Part shown: piece after piece, positions 15,172 to 28,479 of the stretch
Layout of the letters: each line of letters begins with the position of its first letter
Numbering within the stretch: the stretch's first letter is position 1
NCBI RefSeq assembly: GCF_009914755.1
Contig: NC_060942.1
DNA from: the human T2T-CHM13v2.0 reference genome, Homo sapiens
Direction: 5' to 3' (one strand)
DNA: 64,000 bases
Made by a program: the position numbers and the translations under genes
Notes under the pieces: generated by a model
The model's input: the letters and a program-made list of their open reading frames with translations, nothing else
The model's database searches: none
What the model was told of the DNA's origin: nothing

Positions 15172-15468
15172 GGCCAGCCACAGTGGCTCACACCTGTAAT
15201 CCCAGCACTTTGGGAGGCCAAGGTAGGTGGATCACGAGGAAAGGAGTTCGAAATCAACCTGGCCAACATGGTGAAAATCCGTCTCTACTAAAAATACAAA
15301 AAAGAAAAAATAAGCTGGACGTGGTGGCATGTGCCTGAAACCCCAGCTACTCAGGAGGCTGAGGCTGAAGAACTGCTTGAATCTGGGAGGCGGAGGTTGC
15401 AGTGAGCCAAGATTGTGCCTCTGCACTCCTGGCTGGGTGGCAGAGTGAGATTCTGTCTCAAAAAAAAA
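15172..15468 (+). mobile_element. AluS
   Basis: Full Alu dimer with an A-tail. AAAAAT(T)TGT on both flanks. Confidence 0.9.
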
Positions 15469-15589
15469 ATTGTAATAATTATGTACTTAAAAATTGGGAA
15501 CGGAATTTCCCAATTTTAAAATCTTTTAAATGAAGGGTTTCAAGCAGGCTTTGAACTTATTTTTGGAAACATAAATATACAATAGTTTT

Positions 15590-15889
15590 TTGGGGTTTTT
15601 TTGTCTGTTTTTGAGATGAAGTCTTGCTCTGTCACCCAGGCTGTAGTTCAGTGGCACAATCTCGGCTCACTGCAACCACCACCTCCCAGGTTCAAGTGAT
15701 TCTCCTGCCTCAGCCTCCAGCTAGGATTACAGGTGCACACCACCACACTCGGCTAATTTTTGTATTTTTAGTAATGATGGGGTTTCACTATATTGGCCAG
15801 GCTGGTCTCAAACTCCTGACCTCAAGTGATCTGCCCACCTCGGCCTCCCAAAGTGCTGGGATTACAGGCATGCACCACTGCGCCTGGCC
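15590..15889 (-). mobile_element. AluS (Sx/Sz-like)
   Basis: Reverse Alu dimer. AATAGTTTT on both flanks. Confidence 0.9.
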
Positions 15890-16077
15890 AATATGTAATA
15901 GTTTTCATTATTTCCAAGAACAACTAATTATCATCAGAGAATGTGAAAATTTAGCAGCTGATTTATACAAAAACTTTTGCTGAAAAATGAGTGTTATGAA
16001 TTAGTAAGTTTGATCAAAAAATATTTCTTCAATTTATTCTTATATAGTTTTGGGATAGATCTTTTTAAGTTATGGCT

Positions 16078-16192
16078 AGTGTGGCTGTCAGTCCCAGTCT
16101 GCATGGGGCAGACCTGTTCATAGCACTTTGAAAAGCCCCACATCTGGGGAAACTCCTGAGTCCTAGGCAAATGAGGAGGCTTGGTCACCCTA
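16078..16192. mobile_element. Short hAT-Blackjack MITE (MER81/MER94-like)
   Basis: Ends in TTGGTCACCCTA, the reverse complement of the TAGGGTGACCA TIR. The other end is degenerate. Confidence 0.5.
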
Positions 16193-16237
16193 GCTTTGAC
16201 AACCATAAAAACCAAATCTAAAAAATAGACTGCACAT

Positions 16238-16508
<271 letters not shown>

Positions 16509-16904
16509 AGACTGCACATAGTGGTATCACAAAGCTCTAAACCAGGTTTTCAAAAATGAGTCATGTATACTAATATTTTAATGAAAGCAAACTAGTTTTT
16601 AACTGATGAAATAAATACTATTAATTTCATTTTCCTACCTTTTTTTAGTTCCTTTTTCAAGTCTATGGTTTTAAGGTATAAAAGATAATTTGTATAGTAA
16701 CAAAATGTATCAGTGTCTTAATTGTCTTTCATCCCCAAAACATAGTCTGGTATCTAGTCTAGGTCGACAAATATTTGATGCATGAAGGCAAGAATGAAAG
16801 GTTCAAGAAGAGTGCTTTTCTGCCTGGTAGATTTCACATCCAAAGTTATCATGGATATCTTCGTGCAATTAACAAAGTAGCATTCTGCTAAAATGTACTA
16901 TAAG

Positions 16905-17063
16905 CCAATGCTTCTTAACATGCATTTGAATCATCTGGGAATCTTACTAAAATGCAGACCTTGATTCAGTGGCTCTAGGGTAGAGCCTTAGATTACAAAT
17001 TCCAACAAGCTCCCAGCAGATGCTACTGCCAAAAGTATACGGCCCTCACTGTGAGTGGCAAAG
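16905..17063. mobile_element. MER5-like (hAT-Charlie) MITE
   Basis: GAATCATCTGGGAATCTTACTAAAATGCAGA...AACAAGCTCCCAGCAGATGCT. Confidence 0.65.
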
Positions 17064-17679
17064 CCACCACCTTTTAGCAGGGCATGCAGTGGGAGTGGAA
17101 ACAGTCACGCAATCATATCTACCCTGTTCTACTGCAAGTGAGACGATGAACTCCTGTCTTGGGTCTAATTTTCCATGGTAGCACTTTACCCCAGTTCCAC
17201 CCCTGTTCATTCACTCAATACACAGGAAATTTACATATGTAATTCAAAACAAAGAGACTCCCTTCTACTGCAAAACCTAAAACAGTAAAAAGAAACAGCA
17301 TTCGAGAGTTGATTATGTTCACACTACAGCTACTGAAGCATTTTTATAATCACTGTGTCATTCAAAAATAAAAAGAAATATATAATATGCTATCTGTCGC
17401 TCAGTGAGTGTTTGGTTCACACTTCTGTATTTGCTACTGAAATTCTGCCTAGAAAGAAAAAATATTCCACACAAAAACAACATTACCTCTCACTTTGGAT
17501 TTAAATTGCCTAAGCTTCCAACATCTGTACGTTCTTTAGGTGGATCAAGGTTATAGACAGGTAAACATACACATATACACACGAAAGATTATATTGTGTA
17601 TATCAGAATAAACATATATATCTATAACATACTGACCTATGTTTAAACAATTTTGCAAATGGAAAAGTATTTAGTATCA

Positions 17680-17865
17680 TATGGTAGAGCAGGGAAAATG
17701 CTGAATTTAGGGCTAGGTGACCTAAGGTCAAATCTCAACCCACCACTAAAAGCTATTTAACTTTGAACAAATGACCTACATTCTCTAGACCTGATTTTTC
17801 TCATCTGTTAAAATAAAGAAATTGGACTAAATGTTCTCCAAAGTTCCTGCTAGCTTTAACATTCT
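17680..17865 (+). mobile_element. MIR remnant
   Basis: TTTTCTCATCTGTTAAAATAAAGAAATTGGACTAAATG core motif. Confidence 0.55.
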
Positions 17866-19244
17866 TTCTTCTGTCTAGCTAATTAATTATTTCATAAAGG
17901 TAATAAATCTACACTGCTATTAATGAACAGAGAGTGAATTTTAAAAAACAAAAGAAAAAATTAGCGCTTTATCTTATCCTTGCAGACAGACCACTAAAGG
18001 AAATCAATACAAAATGCGAAAAATAAAACCATTACTGCGATTTCTCAGGTTTCAAACTTTAATTCTGAAAACTGAAAATAAAGTTCCAGAAAAAAATAGC
18101 GTTCTGAAAAACAGGGAGATAATGGTTTAAGGAACATAAAATAAGTCTTTGCTATGGTACATTTCCACTCACCAGGTTAAAATCCATCATTTTGGAAGAC
18201 AGGATTATGAAGTGGGAAAATAACCAAAAAGGCTTAATGTTCTGTTCCCTCCTGCTGGCACTGGACGCATCACATGCTTTTACTACAAGGCACAGTGACG
18301 TTTTCTAATTAATTAGTGTCTACGTTTCTCTGTCTATGAATTCCAATCAAGGGAACAAAACAGGATTTTCAGCTACTGATTTGTGGTTGGCAATTTTGAT
18401 TCATCACCTTGGAACTGCCAGATAATACCCCTTTGCTCTCCTTTGCTGTCAGACCAAAGACTCCTGAACACTCAAGGATTTCTGAGAACCCTGCTGTTCT
18501 TGTTCCATAAGAACCTGCTATCTGTGCCCCAGAGGGTGATACACATTGGTTTCATGGACTGTAGAAAACAGTGAAATCCTATTTAATAACCCCAGTGACA
18601 AACTGCTATTTGAATTTCACCTGCTAGTTCAAGTCCACTTTTCAACTTCTTTTTTGCTCTGATCCAATGTGGGATATAAACTGAAGATAAATAGAATTTG
18701 CCTATTGGATAAAAGTAAAGAAATTTGTGGGACTTTTCTCCATCACTCTACTGGAATTCAGACACACTCAGGGAGAATGAAATACTTCCATTTTGTTCAA
18801 ATACTTGATAATATAGCTACAGTCTCCAAATGAAATCTCTCTAAAGTGTTTGCTAAGACACATACAAAAAACAAAAAGCAAAAAATATAACAAAGCCTTA
18901 TAAATACATGAATTTTACTGACTGTTGTAAACTGGCATCAGTCTTCTATGAGGCAACAAAATGTAAAGAATTAACTATTACTTAAAAATAGAAACCAAAA
19001 TAAACTCACCCCAAACATTTTCTCAGTATCTATTTAAGGATATTACAGAAAGATTGCATTACCCTCTGCAAAAGTTGAGTTCAACCATGGCCTTTGATGT
19101 CATTCTTTAAAGGCCAGTGGCCACCATCTCAAGTACAACTTTCTCTGCTTGGCCATCAAGCCTCACCAAGTGTGACCAGCCAGACCTACCCCAGTCACCC
19201 TGCAATCTAATTGCACAGCAAACCTTATACTTACTGAAATGGAA

Positions 19245-19420
19245 AGACCCATAAAGTTCTTGCAATCTAAGACTGTTGTTCTACAGACAAAGAAGCTGAG
19301 CCCAGCCCAGTGAAGTGACTTGTCTTTTGCCACACAGCTAATAAGCAGCACAGCTAAAGAATAAAACCTGAATCTCCTGACCCATGCCCCAACCCCATCC
19401 AATGCTCACCTACTATACTG
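19245..19420 (-). mobile_element. MIR remnant
   Basis: CTACAGACAAAGAAGCTGAGCCCAG..AAGTGACTTGTC..CACACAGCTAATAAG. Confidence 0.55.
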
Positions 19421-19619
19421 CTAATAGCAACATCTGCTCGAATCAGATAAGTCATTAAGGTCCAGCCATATATCACACACGTCACCTTCTCTTCCAACCC
19501 CATACCTTTGCTCATGCTGCCTCCTTAAGGGGCCCAGATAATTCCCACTCTTACCCCTCAACTTTCTTACCTCTCAAGGTTAGAGAGCATCTAGATGTTA
19601 ATATATTAAAAAGTTATAT

Positions 19620-19922
<303 letters not shown>

Positions 19923-20769
19923 TTATATTCTCTCCAATTAGATTTACCAGGTTGGATTTATAAGCTGTTTGTTACAACAGAATAACAATGCATTCAAGGT
20001 AAATATCTTAGATATTCTTCATCCTTCAAGGTCAGACTCAAGCTCCCGATGACTCTACCTTTCTCTGAAGGGTGACCATACCTTAGAGCACAAATGGGCT
20101 ACATATGTACTTAGTTGTTTTCCATTACTCTACATAAGTTAGTTTTCCTTTATTCAGCAATAGTCTAAGATCCTTTTGAGAATGAAAAATGTCTCATATT
20201 TCTATCTCTCAAAGTTCATAACTCACTATTTAGATAAAGATCCATTGATGTTAAGAGGTTCACAGGGAGAGGGAGAATGGGAATTAACATTTTTTCAGTA
20301 TCAAATATTTTATATACACAGAGATCATATATTTCATTTTTGTATATTCATTTTGTATATTCAAACAAAATTTCCTTTTTCTTTTGTGAAACTTGCATTT
20401 TGATGTAGGAAATTTGAAATTTCACAGCCTGTATATTATTTTGGGGTTTTGTGCGCAGAACGCTTACATACACACTAGACATCAATGAAATCACCCTGAA
20501 AAAAAACAGACTTCATTTCCCCAATCACCACGTGCCTACTTTGCTAGTCAGTTCTAAAGCAAGCTGGTGAGCAGAAAAATCTAGTAAAGGGCACCAAAAA
20601 TGACACTTATCTTTGTGTTGGAAGTTGTGAAAAGACAAAATACGTCAAGGAGTCTAAAGGGACAGAGAAAAACCCTCTTCAAGTCTGCAGCAGCACTACA
20701 GGGACCAGATCATAAACAGAGGTTTACCCATACGGTAGAAGCAAAGATGTAAAACATATAACAAATCCC

Positions 20770-21380
20770 AAGGAAAAGAGGCACTCTCTCAGATGCTGTT
20801 AGGGAGAGGATAAACTAGGGTGATCTCTTTGGAGGATGATACCTAGTGGTTTATCAAAATTTACGAGCATATCCTTTGGTACAATAATTTCACTGCAGTG
20901 ATAGTACCTATGAATGAACTGCAAAAGTATTCACGTATAAAAAGGATATATGAATAAGAACATTGGATATAACATTGTGTATAACCATAAAAATTAAAAT
21001 AATGTAAATGTTCACAGTAGGGCACTGTTAAAATAAATTATGGTACATTCATAAAATGAAATACTATGCAGCACTGAAAAGAATAAGACCTGTATCTCCA
21101 AGACATTCATAATTAAGTGCAAAAAAAGCAAGAAGCAGAACAACGAGCAGAATGTGCGCCCATTTGGGATGTGTGTATGTATGTGTATATGTGCATAAAA
21201 GGTTTGGAATTTTTAGCTGTCTTTTTTTTTCTTATGTAGACATACGAGAAACTGTACACAGTGGTCACACGGTTAGGAAAATATTTAGGGGTTTAGTGTA
21301 TGTGTGAGGGGATACGGTGGATAATTTAATTCTTACTTTACTGCCTGTCTGTACTGTTTTATTTTTTAACCATATGCCTA
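20770..21380 (+). mobile_element. L1ME-like 3' fragment
   Basis: AATAAATTATGGTACATTCATAAAATGAAATACTATGCAGC motif. Confidence 0.55.
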
Positions 21381-22409
21381 CGTTCTGAAAAGCATAAGAA
21401 AATATTTTTTACATTCTATCTAGAAATACATAGAAAATATTAGTCTAGAAAGACATTCACTGACAGATATTAATATTATCATCTAAAATTATTAGATATC
21501 CAAGGTATGAAATTACTCTCTCAGAAGAAAATGTTCCGAAACACCCAACTGTGCATTTGCTTGATGTTTCATGTGCATGATCTGCCAATGGGATGTTATT
21601 TAGTTGACTAGAAACGTCGCTTGTAAACCAGAAGGGTAATACACAAAATAAAGGATGTTACCAATATTTCAAGGAGTCTAGCAAAATTCAAGCATGACTC
21701 AACCCTTCTTTCCACAGTGAATGCAGCCCCAGGTGTGAATACAGCCTACTGTATTAAACTGTTAAATCTGACTAATGAAAATGAACATTGTTACTGGCAA
21801 TGAGCCCCAAACTGACAGTGCAACGTGGACTAAATGTGCATCTTTTCAATTATGTGTGAACATGCTTTAAAATAATGATATGTCCCAAACATCTCAAAAG
21901 GTAGACTAAGAATATGGCCCTTTAAAATATTATTTTGTTACTAATGATTGAAAAAATTCATTTGCATGGAGATGTCATTAAGCACCAGGAACATCATTTA
22001 ACAGATATTTTTGAAAATCTAGCTATGCAAGCCCTGCACTAAAAGCATATCTAAGTGTTAAGCACTTCTGGAGTCCAATAAAGGGAAAGTCCCAATGTGG
22101 GGTAGAAATAATGGTAAACACATCAGGATTAAGTTAGAAACTGAGTTGGTCTTTAAGAGGAAATTGGGATTTGTGCTAATGCAGAAGAGGCAAACGGTTA
22201 AATACTCAGATTGTAGAGTAAGATAACCGAGTACTAAGATAGGGGGGTAACAATCTCAGCAGCTTAAAGAGAAATGATACTGACAATTAATATAAAATAC
22301 ATGTGGATGGGGGAAGGTGGTCTCAAATGTTAAACAAAAAAATTTAAGAAAAATATTGATTAACTGTAACATGCTTAGCGGTAAGATGCATCTAGCCACT
22401 TCCCTAGGA

Positions 22410-22590
22410 CAATGGTTCTCAAACATGAGTGGGCTTCAGAATCACCTGGATTGTTAAAACAGATTGCTGGGCCCCACCCCTAGAGTAGCTGATTCAGAAG
22501 ATCTGGACTAGGGCCCAGGAATCTGCATTTCTAACAAACCTCCAGGTGATGCTGATGCTGCTGGTCCAGGGACCACATGTGGAGAAGTAC
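22410..22590. mobile_element. MER5A
   Basis: CAATGGTTCTCAAAC...CAGAATCACCTGGA...GATTGCTGGGCCCCACCCC...TGCATTTCTAACAA...GATGCTGCTGGTCCAGGGACCACA. Confidence 0.8.
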
Positions 22591-23294
22591 CCAGAATAAC
22601 TCTGAACACATCAAATCCTGAGTCTCCTCGTGCTCTGATTCCTCAGAGGACACGACACAGCAGAACACAAAGAATGACATCTTCACCTAAGCCAAGACAG
22701 ATGCAGGCCTGCCCAAGTCTGGTCCAAGACACCTCTTAAATAGAAAGTTCTTCCCTTATACATTTAGAGCTCTAAACTCTCCTGGAACTGATCTAAGAAA
22801 AGCAACCAATCTGGACCCAGGGAACTGGCCCCTGGCCCAATGTTAATCACCCCATTGCCCAGTGAGGCTAATCCTGAAGGAATGGCTCTAGAGCTTGGCA
22901 CAGACCTATTCTGAACATCTTGAAACCAACCTCAAACCAGATCATTCTTTGAGATGTCTCATGTAATGTCTGGAGTTCATCAAACCACACCTAACCTGGA
23001 ACTGAACCAAAAGAAAATGTATTACATGATGTCACTTCAGCAACGGCAATGTGTAAATGTATAACCACAAACCACACGAAGACCCCAAAATCCACATCCA
23101 AATACATGCTAAGAACCAATGAAGGGTCACAGATGAGAATGCTGTAATGGCCCACCATCCCCAAAAATAATCACCATGGAGGTCTTCTGGTCATTCTGCT
23201 AACTTTTAAATTTGCAGGAATACATAAAGCTGTCATAAGGAAACAGAACAGGCATGGTGACTACAGGCATAGTGAACATTATACCTTCTAAGTA

Positions 23295-23728
23295 TCTAGA
23301 TGTTGCTGTGAAGGTATGTTTTTAGATATGATTAATATTCAAATCAGCAGGCTTCGATCAAAGTAGATCACTCTGTAATGAGGGTGGGTCTCATTTAATC
23401 AGTTGAAGGCCTTAAGAGAAAAAACAGGTCCCCCAAGGAAGAAGGAATTCTGCCTGCAGACTGACCTGGACTCAAGACTGCAGCACCAACTCCTCCCTGG
23501 GCCTCCTGCCTATCAGGCTGCCCTGCATATTTCAGACGTGTCAGCCCCCACAACCTGCCTCAATCAATTCCTCTTTTTAAGATAAGTCTCTCTCTCTCTC
23601 ACCCTCTCTCTCGCTTGCTAGCTCTCTCTCGCTCTGTGTGTGTGTGTACACAAACACAAAAATATCACACACATATACACATACGGTCATCCTAGGGGGT
23701 CCTGTTTCTCTGGAGAACCCTAATGTAA
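23295..23728 (+). mobile_element. ERVL LTR (MLT2-like) with internal (CT)/(GT)/(CA) repeats
   Basis: GATGTTGCTGTGAAGGTA...CAGTTGAAGGCCTTAAGAG...CTGTTTCTCTGGAGAACCCTAA. Confidence 0.75.
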
Positions 23729-24021
23729 CCCCATGCAGTTTACAGCTTCCGTTCTCTTACTTGAGAATGATTGATTACCTCCACCTTTGTAAAAGAAAAG
23801 GTCTCCTTTCACCTTTAAAGTTAAGATCACCTTTTAAAATATATATCAGACTTTAAGAACACTTATATTCTATACCCCTACACATAAAGCTCAAGCAGAA
23901 GCCACATCGTTTCAAGTGACTGAAAAGCCCCTGAGTGTGGTTATGTGAACTCTACTATTCCATGGTGCATTTTGGTAGCGATCACACACTGTGAGGAAGG
24001 GTCCAGGGATGGACATCTTAC

Positions 24022-24093
24022 CAAGCGTCCGTCCTGATCCAAACGCTCTTTGGAATCCATATTAAGCTTCCTTTTCCTGTTGGGCTGTTTCAT
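24022..24093 (-). CDS. L3MBTL4: L3MBTL4 first coding segment (exon 3; whole exon 24022-24124), MKQPNRKRKLNMDSKERLDQDGRL
   Basis: Minus strand reads ccctgttttacag|AAAACC...GGCAATGAAACAGCCC...CGCTTG|gtaaga. 31 nt of UTR plus 72 nt of CDS, joining exon 14372-14426 in frame. Confidence 0.93.
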
Positions 24094-24465
24094 TGCCACC
24101 CCCGCACTCCTTGGCAGTGGTTTTCTGTAAAACAGGGTTACATAAGAAGTTGGGGATGGGGGTGTGACCCCTTCAGAATTACAGAAGCAAACAAGAAAAT
24201 GCTTTCAATTATACTTCTCATAGTTGGTTACTATAAATAACCTGATAAGTTGACAAAAACTTTGCAATTGGTTTTATAGTACTTAATATAATAATAAGAC
24301 AAGGGGGAGGGCAATGCGTTTACTACCTCATCTAGAATTTATATCATGGGGAAAATAGATATTATTGCTTTTGGTCTTATCTGGGATAAAATGTTTGCTT
24401 TTTTGCTTAGCTGACCTAACCAATTAGGATTCACTGCAATCAGCCTGCACAGCTTCTGTACTCAC

Positions 24466-24524
24466 ATGGTCTGACACGTATTCTTGGTAAGAGGTCTTAG
24501 TCATACAAGGCATAGCATAGCAAT
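24466..24524 (-). other. L3MBTL4: L3MBTL4 5'UTR exon (exon 2, 59 nt)
   Basis: Minus strand reads ttcttattttctgtttcag|ATTGCT...GACCAT|gtgagt. Strong acceptor, consensus donor, and a 341-nt intron before the ATG exon. Confidence 0.85.
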
Positions 24525-24829
24525 CTGAAACAGAAAATAAGAAAAAATTTCACCAATCCAATTAATCATGATCATTCTTCTGTATATTCATAAACAGTGG
24601 TAGACATTCTTTGAAAAGTTATTTGAAATGAGATTTTTTACAGGGCAGGCCAACCGTTTTGGAGAACCAACCATCAATACCAAACGAGTTCCGCTGGAGC
24701 TATAATTCAGAAGTCATTCACTTTGAAATAATGTTAACAATTGAAATATAATTTTTTAAAACTTTTAATAGCCCTAAATCATCTATAGTCCCCAGTGCTT
24801 TACGATGATATATCCAACTTCTTTATTGA

Positions 24830-25705
24830 TATTTCCACCTGAACAACGACACTCCAAATATGGTAAATGTAACATATTTGCAACTGAGCTCATCTCCCTC
24901 CACACTGCCTCCCAGTTCTAGGCTCTCCTCCTCTTTGCACTGATAACTGGCCACCCATTTGCCCAGAGCTTCCTCTTACAGTTGTTCAGACTGTACACCA
25001 CCCAAGAGCACCAAGCCAAGGGGCAAGTGGAGGCTGAAATCCACCATGGGCTCTACACCCACGGTTCACCTGCCACTGGCCTGCATCATCCCAGGAGAAA
25101 ATGCATCTTTTTCTCATTCAAACAATACTACTTCTGGGCTAATGTCTGAGCCAGAGAACTAGGAGTTTCCATCATTTCATCCTTTATATCACACCGTACA
25201 TATTGTCATCAGGTTTTGTTGATATTTAATTTACTAAACATTTATTGAATTTACCTTCTTCCTCTACTCCTATTAACTCTGATCATTCCAATTTTATGTT
25301 GCAGTCAATCCAAAAGTCTTAAAGTTCTTTGCAAAGCAAGGTTCCTGCTGCTTCTCCACTCCATACTTCTGCTGGTCCCTCAACCTCTGAACACCTTCCC
25401 CATTGCCTGCCCTCCCTTTTTCAACTTATCTAATTTGAACTCGTCCTTTCTGACCCCACTAAAAGAGACTTCACAGCCTTCAGAAAGGTCTTCCTTGCCT
25501 ACCTCCTGCTCCAAGTAAACCAAGTGTGTCTTTTCTACATTGCATTTCTTGTGCATACCTTTATTGTAGTTTTTGTTTGCAGATATGCCTCCCTTTATGA
25601 GGCTGTAACCATCCCGATGACAAGGACTGTGAATTACTGATCCTTATTTTCCGCTGTCTAGATATTACCTGGCTCACAGAAGTCTCTCAATATGTGTTTA
25701 TTGAC
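24830..25705. mobile_element. Patchy L2 remnants
   Basis: Pyrimidine-rich L2-like pieces ending in CCTGGCTCACAGAAGTCTCTCAATATGTGTTTATTGA, which resembles an L2 3' end. Confidence 0.45.
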
Positions 25706-26504
25706 TCCAACTACATAAACATGTCTCTCTGAATTACAGAGAAGCCTCAAGCCCTTAAATCCAGTGAATATTAGTTCTCGATCCATACATTATCCTTTAG
25801 AATGCTGTATGACTAGAGTGAGCACTGTTTTCAAAGTTAATTCCTTTCCCTTTTTCTTTAATATACAAAACAAAAAATAAACAAAAAAACACTTCTTTTC
25901 CACATATCCTTTTGCTTCTAGTCAGATGATATTTATGTCCTTAAGACAGGCACTTATGTACTAAATTCAATAACATTACATTCATTTTGTAGAATGTAAA
26001 TACAATGTTTCATGCCTAGCTTCTGGTAATACTCTGAACATCTATGCAAATGAACAGCATAGACTTGATGCCTGTAGCGAAGTATTATTGCACAAGACAC
26101 AAGCACTGCCAAAGCTGGCCTGACTTTCACGACAAATAATACCCCATGACTTGTCAAACTGAAATCATCTGGCTACTGGCATTTTTCTCCTCACCATCAA
26201 AAATGATCTGCCTTGATAATCCCTGCAATTATCTCAATAACCTTGATTTGTTTAAAACAGCAAGAAAGCCTGAATTCACATTATTTTATATCAGGAAAAA
26301 AAAATGAAAGTTTTTACACTGAGGAGAAATTTCAACATACAATTTGGTAATAATGAATTTCCTCTGAATTTAGAAATAATAAAGCAAAAATATAAAAGTC
26401 ACCAAACAATCCATGTAAGATTTTGCTGCCAGACAAAAAAGGAATCAAATACAAGAGACCATTAAATACATAGGAGATGAATGTTATACAGATGGATGGC
26501 AGAT

Positions 26505-26548
<44 letters not shown>
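26505..26548. repeat. (GATA)11 tetranucleotide STR
   Basis: 11 perfect GATA units counted, preceded by GATG variants. Confidence 0.95.
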
Positions 26549-26549
<1 letters not shown>

Positions 26550-27869
26550 TCTAACACACAGAAAAACAGACTTAAAGAGAGATTTTGTATAATCCTTTAT
26601 AATGTCAATGCAAAGAGCATATTCTACTCAACCGAATAGGACATTTCTTTTGAAATAAACCTAACTTGATGTCCTTGGCATGGTATCAAAATACATGGAT
26701 TACTCTGACTGTCCATGATATATGGCCTACTCCCAGGAAGCCCCAAATGTCACATCAGCCACATGTCTCCTTGTTGAGCTTTGAAAAAATATATAAAGTT
26801 TTTAGAGTTAAAAAAAGAATAATGTCAAATTATAAAACACATCAAAGAAACACATTATCCAGGGAAAGTAAAGGTATATACCAACTAGACTGAGCTGTGC
26901 CCGGTGTCCTCTGGCTTTGTGACAATGCCCGAGCACCACCTACCATAGACAACGTGATGTTCAGTGATTTTAATTAGAGAAGCTTCTAAATAGTGTTTTA
27001 GATTTAAAAAACAACATAGATAACTACATATAAATGATTTGTATTTCTGTATAAAAATTGAAAATAGTGTACTAATTTTTCAATTTAATCCTCTAAATGA
27101 GTTTAATTTCCCTTCATAGTAGAATTATCTGTCTGCATGTTGCCAAATACTAAGGAGATAAATTAGATTGATACTTAGAAAGCATCTGAATACTTCAAAT
27201 TGAAGGAGTCTATAAATAACTAAAATAATTCACTGTCTGTCTATGTCAAGGTGCTATTTGGTAATTCTTTCAAAAACATTTTAATGATCATCTATTAACC
27301 ACCAATATAGTCACAGGTACCTTGAGGAATATGAAGCTGATTAATCACACACCCGCTAAAGGGAGATAAGTATAGCAGCCACATGTCCTGGATAACCCAA
27401 GGTACGTCTGTCTTCTGCCACTCATCCTGGCATAAGGATTAACAGCACTGCTTTCACTCCCCCAAAATATCCCAGTTTAAACAATAAATCATATTGGTAC
27501 CATATAGGTAAGAAATATACATAAATGAATAAGAAATGTAATACATGCCATTAAAAAATTACAGAGTGGCCTGGGTGTTCACAGGAGGGACACTATGTCT
27601 AACGACATGCACAGTGAAAGAACATTTCTGCTGGTTCTAGGACACTGCACAGATCTTAAATGAATTTATCACCAAAATATCGAATACAAATTTCTGATCA
27701 CTGAACTGATTTCCCACTATTTCAAAGATACTGCCAGCCTAGAATTTATTCATCCAGTTGATACTCGATGTTAATAATTCATAATGTTTGAATAAATTAA
27801 TAAATGATTACAAATGAATGCATTTTGATAACTTATGCATGAATAATTGATCCTTCTTAATTGTATTAA

Positions 27870-28100
27870 TAGTAGCTAACATTACTTGAGTCCTCATGTA
27901 CCAGGCATAGCTATCAGTCCTCTACGTATACACTTTCAATTAATACTTATGACAGCCCGACAATATGTGTACCACTGTCACCCTCATTTCACAGAAGAGG
28001 AAACACCAAGGGGTTAAGTAACTTGTCCAAGGTTATGCAACAGGCAAGTAACCAGACAGTACAATTCTGGGGTCCCTCTTTGAACACCATACTATGCTGT
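27870..28100 (-). mobile_element. MIR
   Basis: AATAGTAGCTAACATTACTTGAG...CCTCATTTCACAGAAGAGGAAAC..GGTTAAGTAACTTGTCCAAGGT. Confidence 0.65.
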
Positions 28101-28479
28101 AGCTTTTTTAACTATATTGCAAGTTTAGTTATCTGAAACTTAACCACTCAGTACGCTAGCCAAATCCTTGCCACACACAATGATTTAAGTCAGAAACTGA
28201 CACCAAACGTCCTGTGGGAACCACTCGCCCTCATGTGGAGCCTGTCTGCATAGTGGCTTCATATTGTCACTTTCCTTATGTCATGGCAGCCACCTACTCT
28301 CATTTTTTAAAAAATTTTGCCTTTATTACCTATTTTGGAATCTTAAAATATTAATAGTTAATTATGTATTAATTCTGCACCCATAAGTCTTGCATAATAC
28401 TTTATGAGAATAGCACAGGAAGTCCCAAGATTCAGGGTCCAAAGGGTATCAACAGAGGTTGTCTGCAGCTCAGAACTTT

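Noticed and set aside
24022-24524. Exon 2-3 circle (162 nt, a multiple of 3) as an endless ORF
   Set aside because: The main frame hits TGA seven codons after the back-splice junction (ATT GCT ATG CTA TGC CTT GTA TGA), and the uORF frame also has a stop.
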